Assembly: GCF_000186885.1 (NCBI RefSeq)
Contig: NC_014972.1
Coordinates: 1,860,001-1,892,000, forward strand
Direction: 5' to 3'
Origin: Desulfobulbus propionicus DSM 2032
Lineage (GTDB): Bacteria > Desulfobacterota > Desulfobulbia > Desulfobulbales > Desulfobulbaceae
Length of the DNA stretch: 32,000 nucleotides
The translations under genes and the position numbers were made by a program. Below are positions 15,201-22,459 of this stretch, piece after piece; position 1 is the stretch's first letter, and each line of letters begins with the position of its first letter. The notes beneath the pieces are model-generated. The model did not search any database. It saw nothing but the letters and a program-made list of their open reading frames with translations, and was not told where the DNA came from.

Positions 15201-17918
15201 TTATTTGGGCATGGCGGCCAGCACCTTCTCCGGCAGGGCCGGGAGGTGACGGATGCGTGCGCCGCAGGCGTTGTAGATACCGTTGATCACCGCGGCGTGC
15301 GGCGCGGTCAACGGCATCTCGCCCACGCCGGAAGCGCCAAAGGGGCCGTCCGGGCGCGGGGTTTCCACATAGAGGATCTCCATGTTGTCCGGGATCTGCT
15401 TGATGTACGGGAAACCGGCTCCGGCAAGCGTCGAGTGCTTCTTGATGTCCTCGAAGTCCTCGGTCAGCGCCAAACCGATACCCTGGGCCAGACCGCCGTA
15501 AATCTGGCCGTCGACCACCAGCTTGTTGACCACCTTGCCGACATCGGCCACGCAGACCATGCTTTCCACCGTGGTCTTGCCGGTGGCTTTTTCCACGGCC
15601 ACCTCGGCCATGAACAGACCATACATGTAGCAGCAAAACGGCTTGCCCTGACCGTTGGCGTCGCAGTCATTGGCCGGTGCCGTCCATTTGCCGCGCACCT
15701 TGGTCGGAAGACCTTCGGCCACCATCTCCTCATAGGTCCGGTAGCTGCCGTTGGCCTTTTTCATCGACTTGATCAGATCCTCGCAGGCCACCCGGATCGA
15801 CTGGCCGACCACCACCTGACTGCGGCTGCCGCCGGCAGGACCGGAGTTGGGGCACTTGCTGGTGTCGTTCATTACCAGCTTGATCTGGTTGACGGAAAGC
15901 GCCAGTGGCCGCAGGGCCTCGTGGGCGGTGGCCAGGGTTCCCATGTCCGCGCCTTGGCCATGATCCTCCCAGGCGTTGTAGACGGTCACCGTGCCGTCGG
16001 GATGCAGCTCGACATCGGTTTCGGCGGTGTCGGGGCCATCCAGACCGGCACCGTAGATGCCGATGGCCACGCCGACGCCTTTCTTGACGGCATCGGTGGA
16101 TTCCGCCGCCACCCGTTTCTTGGCCGCCTCATATTTGGGCCGCAGCTTGTCGATCATCTCCGGCAGTGAATACACTTCCGGGTCCTGGCCGGTGGGGGTG
16201 GTCGCTCCTTGGCGGTAGACGTTCTTATAGCGCAGTTCGAGCGGGTCCATGCCCAGTTTCTCGGCCAGTTCGTCCATCAACACCTCGGAGGGGAACTCGG
16301 CCTCGGGTGCGCCGTAGCCACGGAAGGCGGCGCCCCAGGCATGGTTGGTGCATACGGTGCGGCCTTCGCCACGGATGTTGGCGATATCGTATCCGGCACC
16401 GATGTACTGGGCGCCACGCAGGGTCAGCAGGTCACCGAACTCGGAGTAGGGACCGTGATCCACCGACCAGTCGGTTTCCATGCCCAGCAGTTTGCCGTCC
16501 TTGCTCGCCGCGTACCGCACCGTGGTCCAGAAGGGCGAACGCTTGCCGGTGTAGATCTGCTGCTGCGCATAATCGTAACACAGGTAGACCGGGCGGTTGG
16601 TGGCCATGGCGGCCGCACCCACCAGGGCTTCCATGGTCGGGCTGAATTTGTAGCCAAAGGTGCCGCCGGTGTTGTTCTGGATCAGAACCAGGTTCTCCGG
16701 TTCCACGCCCAAACCGGGGGCAATCATGTACAGGTGGAGATGGATGCCGATGGACTTGGAGTGGATGACCAGCTTGCCGTTGTCGTCATGGTAGGCATAA
16801 CCGACATCCGGTTCGATCGGCAGATGGGGTTGACGGCTGGTGTAGTAATCGCCCTCGACCACCACGTCGGCCTTGTCGAAGACGGGCTTGGTGTCCTCGC
16901 CCTTGGCGATCTTCTGGATGTAGTAGATGTTGGGGGTACCGGGATGGATCTCGATCGCATCCGGTTCCATGGCCGCCGGCGCGCTCATGTAGGCGGGCAG
17001 TTCTTCCAGCTCGACCTTGACTTTCTTGGCCGCGGCCTTGGCGTTCTTCTCGGTGTCGGCGCAGACAATGGCCAGGGCGTCGCCATACTGGAACACCTTG
17101 GTGTCGCACAGGATCGGGCGATCCCAGCCATCCCCCTTGTTGGTGGGGAAGGTGATCAAACCGGTGATCCGGTTCTTGCCCTTGATGTCCTTGTGGGTGA
17201 CCACCTTGAACACGCCGGGCATCTTCTCGGCCTCGGAGGTGTCGATGGAGAGAATGTTGGCATGCGAAACCTCGGCCTGAACCAAGGCCAGGTGGAGGGT
17301 GTTTTCCGGAAGCTGGAGGGCGGAGTCCGCACCGAAATCCCAGGTGCCGGTCACCTTGGCGGCAGCGCTGGGGCGCGGCATGCTGGTGCCCAGGACCTTG
17401 CCGTCCGCGGGTATCTTGTAGGCCAGATCCTGCATGCTGATCTCGCCTTTGAGCACCCGCACCGCGTCACGGACCGCGTCGACCAGCATCTTGTAGCCGG
17501 TGCAGCGGCAGGCGTTTTTATATTTCTGGAACCATTCGCGAATTTCTTCGCGGGACGGATCGGGATTGGCATCGATCAGGGCCTTGGCCGAAACGATGAA
17601 GCCCGGGGTACAAAAACCGCACTGGGCGCCGCCGTGCACCATCCAGGCCATTTGCAGGGCATGGAGATCCTGGGGGGTGCCGATACCCTCGATGGTGGTA
17701 ATGGCCGCGCCGTCGGGAACGCGTTCCATCTTGGTGATGCAGGAGCGGATCAGTTTGCCGTCCATGATCACATTACAGGCGCCGCACTGTCCCTTGCCGC
17801 AACCGACCTTGGTGCCGGTGAGGCGCAGGTTCTTGCGGATAACGTCGGACAGCAGGTCAGCACCCTCGGTGACCACCGACCGCTCGATCCCGTTGACGTA
17901 CAATGTTTTTTTCTGCAT
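15201..17918 (-). CDS. mop: Mop-type molybdenum aldehyde oxidoreductase (2x[2Fe-2S] plus molybdopterin domains, no FAD domain)
   Basis: ATG 17918 is preceded by GGGAG. 905 aa. The N-terminus MQKKTLYVNGIE...CGKGQCGACNV...GAQCGFCTPGF...ACRCTGY closely parallels my recollection of Desulfovibrio gigas MOP. It also has the Mo-domain GGTFGYK and the active-site region GASGVGEMPL. Confidence 0.92.
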   Translation of the reverse strand: MQKKTLYVNGIERSVVTEGADLLSDVIRKNLRLTGTKVGCGKGQCGACNVIMDGKLIRSCITKMERVPDGAAITTIEGIGTPQDLHALQMAWMVHGGAQCGFCTPGFIVSAKALIDANPDPSREEIREWFQKYKNACRCTGYKMLVDAVRDAVRVLKGEISMQDLAYKIPADGKVLGTSMPRPSAAAKVTGTWDFGADSALQLPENTLHLALVQAEVSHANILSIDTSEAEKMPGVFKVVTHKDIKGKNRITGLITFPTNKGDGWDRPILCDTKVFQYGDALAIVCADTEKNAKAAAKKVKVELEELPAYMSAPAAMEPDAIEIHPGTPNIYYIQKIAKGEDTKPVFDKADVVVEGDYYTSRQPHLPIEPDVGYAYHDDNGKLVIHSKSIGIHLHLYMIAPGLGVEPENLVLIQNNTGGTFGYKFSPTMEALVGAAAMATNRPVYLCYDYAQQQIYTGKRSPFWTTVRYAASKDGKLLGMETDWSVDHGPYSEFGDLLTLRGAQYIGAGYDIANIRGEGRTVCTNHAWGAAFRGYGAPEAEFPSEVLMDELAEKLGMDPLELRYKNVYRQGATTPTGQDPEVYSLPEMIDKLRPKYEAAKKRVAAESTDAVKKGVGVAIGIYGAGLDGPDTAETDVELHPDGTVTVYNAWEDHGQGADMGTLATAHEALRPLALSVNQIKLVMNDTSKCPNSGPAGGSRSQVVVGQSIRVACEDLIKSMKKANGSYRTYEEMVAEGLPTKVRGKWTAPANDCDANGQGKPFCCYMYGLFMAEVAVEKATGKTTVESMVCVADVGKVVNKLVVDGQIYGGLAQGIGLALTEDFEDIKKHSTLAGAGFPYIKQIPDNMEILYVETPRPDGPFGASGVGEMPLTAPHAAVINGIYNACGARIRHLPALPEKVLAAMPK

Positions 17919-18111
17919 GAGGTACTCCCATGAAAGTTTGAGATAAATCAACGCGGCCTTGCCGCATGGTGTGAAATCAGGCCGAATGACGACCCCGCGG
18001 AAGGGGGGCCCGGCAGAGCCGTCCAATTCAGCCCGACAAACGGATACACGACACGCAACCAGACAGCCTGGGCCGCGTACCCCGCTTGCATTCTTGCCGT
18101 TTTGCGGATCA

Positions 18112-18282
18112 GAGGCGCAGGGTCACAAGGAGTAAAGGCCCTGCGCCTCCTTTCCGGTGGAAACGTGAAACGCGGGACGCGAAACCGCGCCCCGCAACGC
18201 CAACCACAGCGTAACTTGGGTGAAGAATGCCGGTGAAGCCCGCACAGGCCAAGTCAGGGAAAACAGGGGCAGGCTCCACCGG
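18112..18282 (-). promoter_or_regulatory. Highly structured region in the adh-mop spacer; candidate riboswitch-like or attenuator leader (class unassigned)
   Basis: On the minus strand, CCGGUGG (18282-18276) can pair with CCACCGG (18160-18154). These enclose two hairpins: AGCCUGC...GCGGGCU and GCGGGgCGCGguuuCGCGuCCCGC. A perfect 11-bp hairpin GAGGCGCAGGG-N16-CCCUGCGCCUC (18149-18112) follows immediately. Confidence 0.3.
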
Positions 18283-18300
18283 AGTTTGTGAAAGCGGTCG

Positions 18301-18330
18301 ATGGTTCCCGCGCGGGAGCACGGGAACCAT
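18301..18330 (-). terminator. Perfect 10-bp hairpin 10 nt after the adh stop (weak or partial terminator)
   Basis: ATGGTTCCCG (18301-18310) and CGGGAACCAT (18321-18330) are exact reverse complements with a 10-nt loop. On the minus strand only CGACCGCTTTC follows, which is a short U-tract, so read-through into mop is plausible. Confidence 0.4.
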
Positions 18331-18340
18331 CTTGTTTGTC

Positions 18341-19522
18341 TTACAGCGCGGCGGTGTAGATCGCCTTGACGTCGGCGTCTTTCGGGCAGCGCGGGTTGGT
18401 CAGACCGCAGGCATCCTTCTGGGCATTGGCCACCATGGTGTCGATGTCGGAGGCCTTGACTTCCTTGCCATACTTCTTGCCCAGCTCGATCAGGCCAGCC
18501 GGGATGCCGATGTCGGCGGACAGCTTGCGGATAGCCACCAGGGCCAGCTCGGCGGCGTCGCGCGGGGCCAGACCAGCGGTGTTCTCGCCCATCAGCTCGG
18601 CGATCTTGACAAAGCGGTCCATCTTGGCGATTAGGTTGAACTTCTCCACATGGGGCAGGAGAATGGCGTTGCACTCGCCGTGCGGCAAGTCATAGAAACC
18701 GCCCAGCTGATGGGCCATGGCATGGACGTGACCCAGGCTGGCGTTGTTGAAGGCCATGCCGGCCAGATACTGGGCAAAACACATGCCTTCGCGGGCTTCG
18801 ATGTCCTGGCCATTGGCCACGGCCGGACGCAGGTACTTGGCGATCAGCTCGATGGCCTTCTCGGCGGCGGAGTCGGTCATCGGGGTGGCGATGGTGGACA
18901 CATAGGCCTCGACCGCGTGGGTGAGGGCGTCCATGCCGGTGGCGGCGGTCAGTGCCGGCGGCATGCCAACCATGAGCATCGGATCGTCGACGGCGATGCC
19001 GGGGGTGACGCGCCAGTCAACGATGGCCATCTTCACGTGACGGGAGGTGTCGGTGATGATGCAGAAGCGGGTCATCTCCGAGGCGGTGCCGGCGGTGGTG
19101 TTGACCGCCAGGTAGGGGGGCATGGGCTTGGAGGATTTGTCCACGCCCTCGTAGTCATGGATCTTGCCGCCGTTGGCGACCACCAGGCCAACGCCCTTGC
19201 CGCAGTCATGGGAAGAACCGCCGCCGAGGGTGATCAGGGAGTCGCAGTTCTCTTTCTTGTAGATGTCGACGCCGTCATGCACGTTCTTGTCGGTGGGATT
19301 GGGGATCGTTTCGTCATAGACCACGTAGGCCATGCCCGCGGCTTCCAGCAGGTCGGTGATCTGTTTGGTGATGCCGGCACCGGTGATGCCCTTGTCGGTG
19401 ACGATCAACGGCTTGGAACCGCCGAGGGCCTTGATTTTGTCCGGGATCTGCTTGGCGGCGCCAATGCCGATCAGGGTTACAGAGGGAATGAAATAACCGT
19501 AGACTTGTTCACGAACTGCCAT
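18341..19522 (-). CDS. Iron-containing (group III) alcohol dehydrogenase
   Basis: ATG 19522 is preceded by AAGGATGG. 393 aa with GGGSSHDCGKG, ALTHAVEAY and HVHAMAHQLGG (Fe-ADH metal and NAD motifs). The 37 codons upstream in the ORF track lack an SD and overlap the promoter. Confidence 0.92.
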   Translation of the reverse strand: MAVREQVYGYFIPSVTLIGIGAAKQIPDKIKALGGSKPLIVTDKGITGAGITKQITDLLEAAGMAYVVYDETIPNPTDKNVHDGVDIYKKENCDSLITLGGGSSHDCGKGVGLVVANGGKIHDYEGVDKSSKPMPPYLAVNTTAGTASEMTRFCIITDTSRHVKMAIVDWRVTPGIAVDDPMLMVGMPPALTAATGMDALTHAVEAYVSTIATPMTDSAAEKAIELIAKYLRPAVANGQDIEAREGMCFAQYLAGMAFNNASLGHVHAMAHQLGGFYDLPHGECNAILLPHVEKFNLIAKMDRFVKIAELMGENTAGLAPRDAAELALVAIRKLSADIGIPAGLIELGKKYGKEVKASDIDTMVANAQKDACGLTNPRCPKDADVKAIYTAAL

Positions 19523-19617
19523 AATGAAACCATCCTTTTGTAGTGTTAGGGTTCCTCTCGTCCTACCTAAAATTCCTGCCTCTCTTTGGTACCAATGAAA
19601 CGCGTACCCTTCTAAAG

Positions 19618-19632
19618 GCAAAGGGTGTGCCA
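19618..19632 (-). promoter_or_regulatory. Sigma-54 (RpoN) -24/-12 promoter for adh
   Basis: The minus strand reads TGGCAC-ACCCT-TTGC, an exact match to the TGGCAC-N5-TTGC consensus. The -12 element lies about 95 nt upstream of the adh ATG. Confidence 0.7.
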
Positions 19633-19649
19633 TGATAAAAATATATTAT

Positions 19650-19662
19650 TTTCAACAGGTTG
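19650..19662. promoter_or_regulatory. IHF-like site next to an A/T-rich tract, just upstream of the sigma-54 promoter
   Basis: tTTCAAcaggTTG compared with WATCAANNNNTTR has one mismatch. It is preceded by aaaaatatattatttt. The position between the promoter and upstream inverted repeats fits sigma-54 promoter architecture. Confidence 0.35.
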
Positions 19663-20113
19663 AACCCGGTTTTTCCGGAGCGGAACTTTCCATAACCGAC
19701 TAAAAGCGACAGGTGAAGAAAACAGCGTGTCAGGATGCCCCGGTCAACGGACACGGCTGGCTAAAACGACTCAGCACAGCAATGACGGTCAGCGAACGGG
19801 CAAACGAGGCGCAACGAGACAATCTGTCTGTGTCTTGGTGGAAAAGAAGAGGAGAAGGGGAATAAAACAAACAGACTTGGATAATATATTCGTAAAATCT
19901 ATATGTTATCCGCATTGGGTCAAAAAGTTACAGTAAAAAGAAGGGAAGGGGCAGAATGACCGGGTGAGGTAAAAACGCTGATTTCAGCGACGAGAAAGTG
20001 CGAAATATTTTGCTGTTTATGTAGGAAAACCATGGAGTTGCTTTTCTTTCTCTCCCTAGTGTGGTAGGACAAAGCCATTCGTTAACCCTTTTCTTTATTT
20101 TATTGAGCGCATC

Positions 20114-20722
20114 ATGTGTACTTCCCCTTCCTATCCGCAACTGACCCTGGCCTTACCGCCCTCCGCACTGACCGGATTCGCTTCCCTCCTGCAGCACGGC
20201 ATCCTCTTTCCGGTGGAGCGGCCGGCGGCCGTTCTGCCCTTTCTTCTTGCCCTGCCCGGTTTCAGCGCTGATTACATCGAAAACACGGTGCAGACCATTT
20301 TCATCAACGGCGTGGCGGCCGACAGCCTGGACCGCGATCTCGGTCCAGGTTCCACCCTGGCGCTGTCTGCCGCCATGCCCGGTCTGGCCGGGGCCATTTT
20401 TCGCCGCCAGGGCGTGCATGGCAGCCTGCGCAGTCGGCCAGCGACAACCAAGTCCTCCGTTGCCACCGATTCGGGTTTTATCACCCTCAAACTGTTCAAC
20501 TCCATTGCCACCGACCGGGTGCAGGATCTGCTGAGCATGGGATTTCTAGTGTCCGGCAAGGCGCTGCACGATTTTGCCGCCATGCGGGAGGCGTTATTTC
20601 AACCGCCGACGGTGGCCACACTCGATGGCAAGGCCGTGGACCACGCCGAGTTGCTGCGCCTTGCCGCTGCCTGCCCGATGTTGATGGTGCGAAACGTGGC
20701 CGAGCCAATGGCCACCCCCTAA
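20114..20722 (+). CDS. Hypothetical protein (202 aa), no recognisable domain
   Basis: Long ORF with the GC-rich third-position bias of the surrounding genes. It is transcribed divergently from adh. No obvious SD lies upstream of ATG 20114 and I recognise no motifs. Confidence 0.5.
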   Translation: MCTSPSYPQLTLALPPSALTGFASLLQHGILFPVERPAAVLPFLLALPGFSADYIENTVQTIFINGVAADSLDRDLGPGSTLALSAAMPGLAGAIFRRQGVHGSLRSRPATTKSSVATDSGFITLKLFNSIATDRVQDLLSMGFLVSGKALHDFAAMREALFQPPTVATLDGKAVDHAELLRLAAACPMLMVRNVAEPMATP

Positions 20723-20972
20723 AATAGGGGTTGCAATCTTGGTTGGCGCGGGCAACTATGGTATTGAATCCTTGATGGAAGGAGGCGCGGTGGGGACACC
20801 CGCGCGGGTGAACCGCTCGCCGTGCGTACCTTGAGAAGGGTGCACGGCGCGTAATTGCGGATGCCCTGTAAAGTGTCACCACCGGTGTCGAGCCGATTGA
20901 CCGTTTGTTTACGATCATTCCTGACCGGGCGCTCAGTCGGTTTTCCCATTCCCTTTACAATGGAGAGATTTT

Positions 20973-21809
20973 ATGCCTATTGTCACCATCTCACGCGGTT
21001 CGTACAGCCGAGGCAAGGACGTCGCTGAACAGCTGGCCCGGAAGTTACATTACGACTGCGTTTCCCGGGAGATTCTTCTGGAAGCATCCGAAGAGTTCAA
21101 TATCCCCGAAATCAGCCTTGTTCGCGCCATCCACGATTCACCTTCCATCCTGGAACGCTTCCGCCACGGCAAGGAGCGGTATATCAGTTATTACCAGTAC
21201 GCCTTGCTCAAACATGTGCAAAAAGACAATGTCATTTATCATGGTTTGGCCGGGCAGTATTTTCTCCGGTCGATCCCCCATGTCCTCAAGGTGCGCATCC
21301 TGGCCAGCATGGAAGACCGGGTCAAGGAAGTCATGCGGCGGGATCAGGTATCACGGCAGGACGCCGAACATCGGCTGCGAACCGATGACGAGGAGCGCCG
21401 TCGGTGGGGACTCAAGTTGTACGGCATCGATACCTGGGACAGTCGGTTGTACGACATTGTTTTGTTGATTGACAAGTTAACCGTCGACGACGCGGCGGAC
21501 TTGATCATGGAAACCGTGAAAAAACCGGTGTTTCAGACAACCGCCGAAGCGCAGCGGATCCTTGACGATCAGGTCTTGTGCGCGAAAATCCATGCCATGC
21601 TGGTAAACTTCTCCCTGATGATCGAGGTGCAGGCCCACGACGGCGTCATCACGCTGTGCAACATCGGCGAAGTCCTGCGCTCGGATGAAGGCCTGCGGAC
21701 GAAGATTGAAGGAATGATCAAGGATATCGAGGGGGTGAAAGAGATAGAGTTCACCGAGAAATCGTGTGCCAAACGGGACCATGTCAATCCTTTTTACAAT
21801 ATTGGCTAG
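20973..21809 (+). CDS. Cytidylate-kinase-like (AAA/P-loop NMP kinase-like) protein with a C-terminal BON-like domain
   Basis: N-terminal IVTISRGSYSRGKDVAEQLA (degenerate P-loop) and VIYHGLAGQYF...KVRILA blocks are typical of the cytidylate kinase-like family. The C-terminal ~70 aa (VQAHDGVITLCNIG...IEGVKEIEF) looks like a BON domain. GGAGAG lies upstream of the ATG. Confidence 0.7.
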   Translation: MPIVTISRGSYSRGKDVAEQLARKLHYDCVSREILLEASEEFNIPEISLVRAIHDSPSILERFRHGKERYISYYQYALLKHVQKDNVIYHGLAGQYFLRSIPHVLKVRILASMEDRVKEVMRRDQVSRQDAEHRLRTDDEERRRWGLKLYGIDTWDSRLYDIVLLIDKLTVDDAADLIMETVKKPVFQTTAEAQRILDDQVLCAKIHAMLVNFSLMIEVQAHDGVITLCNIGEVLRSDEGLRTKIEGMIKDIEGVKEIEFTEKSCAKRDHVNPFYNIG

Positions 21810-21852
21810 GAACGCAAAACCGATCCAGGTGAACGGCGCGGCGTAACGCCCG

Positions 21853-21878
21853 GGGGAGCGGGAGTGCTCCCCGTTTTT
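21853..21878 (+). terminator. Rho-independent terminator
   Basis: GGGGAGC (21853-21859), loop gggagt, GCTCCCC (21866-21872), then GTTTTT. It lies 44 nt after the stop of the preceding gene. Confidence 0.7.
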
Positions 21879-22255
21879 CGCCCGCTCTTTTTCGGATTCG
21901 GCGCTTTCTTTCACCGCACCTCCAGAGAGGGGAAGCGCCGATCACGCCCACCGTTGTCGGTCCATGTGGACCGTGACCGGCAGACAAGCAAACCGTCAGG
22001 ATCAATCCTTTCGTCGCGGGGCGTACAGAAAGCCCCAATCGCCTCAACCACAGACCACCCCGTCCCGCTGGACAGGGTTTCCTCATAGGGGTTCTTTGCG
22101 CATCCCCGTCATCCGTCTTTCCAGCTCCTCGCAAACCGCTCATTCCACGGCGGCCCTTTAGATCGTATTTCGTTGAATGTGTGTACAGGCAAAAACGAGA
22201 ATCGCTCAGATCCAACGGGGAGTCCACATTGCGCCAGCCTTGGTTTTCTTTTCTT

Positions 22256-22333
22256 CCTCGAAAAATTAAGCGCGAAACCTCGTAATTTTGCGAGTTGTTG
22301 ACCAGGTCCCTTTTTCTTTAAATGACCACCACG
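22256..22333 (+). promoter_or_regulatory. Conserved regulatory module, copy A (operator-like palindrome plus sigma-70-like promoter) upstream of trxB
   Basis: 63 of 78 positions are identical, ungapped, to 26484-26561, and 25 of 26 are identical in the core. It contains CCTCG half-sites 22 bp apart, the palindrome CTCGTAATTTTGCGAG (22279-22294), a -35-like TTGTTG (22295-22300), a 17-nt spacer and a -10-like TTAAAT (22318-22323). Confidence 0.55.
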
Positions 22334-22459
22334 AACAAAGGCGCACCTATCTGCAGCCGGCGAGAATGACCCGCAGACAGGTCTCAAGATATCCCCGTGT
22401 CACAGGGGACACTTCCATCACACGATTTTTGGCCGCGCAGGCGGTCAGGGAGGCAATTC

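Noticed and set aside
13822-17933. Plus-strand ORFs 13822-15249 (475 aa), 15246-16169 (307 aa) and 16209-17933 (574 aa), antisense to the reductase fusion and mop
   Set aside because: The opposite strand encodes unmistakable Mop and ferredoxin/CCG motifs. These are GC-driven antisense frames rich in Gly, Ala, Val, His and Asp.
18109-18330. 73-aa minus-strand ORF inside the adh-mop spacer
   Set aside because: It has no SD. Its start lies inside the post-adh hairpin and the translation is featureless. The region is better explained as structured non-coding RNA or DNA.
19727-19936. Small ORFs (69 aa on the plus strand, 61 aa on the minus strand) in the A/T-rich adh upstream region
   Set aside because: There is no SD. 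The composition is atypical for this genome's genes, and the ORFs overlap the putative enhancer repeats.
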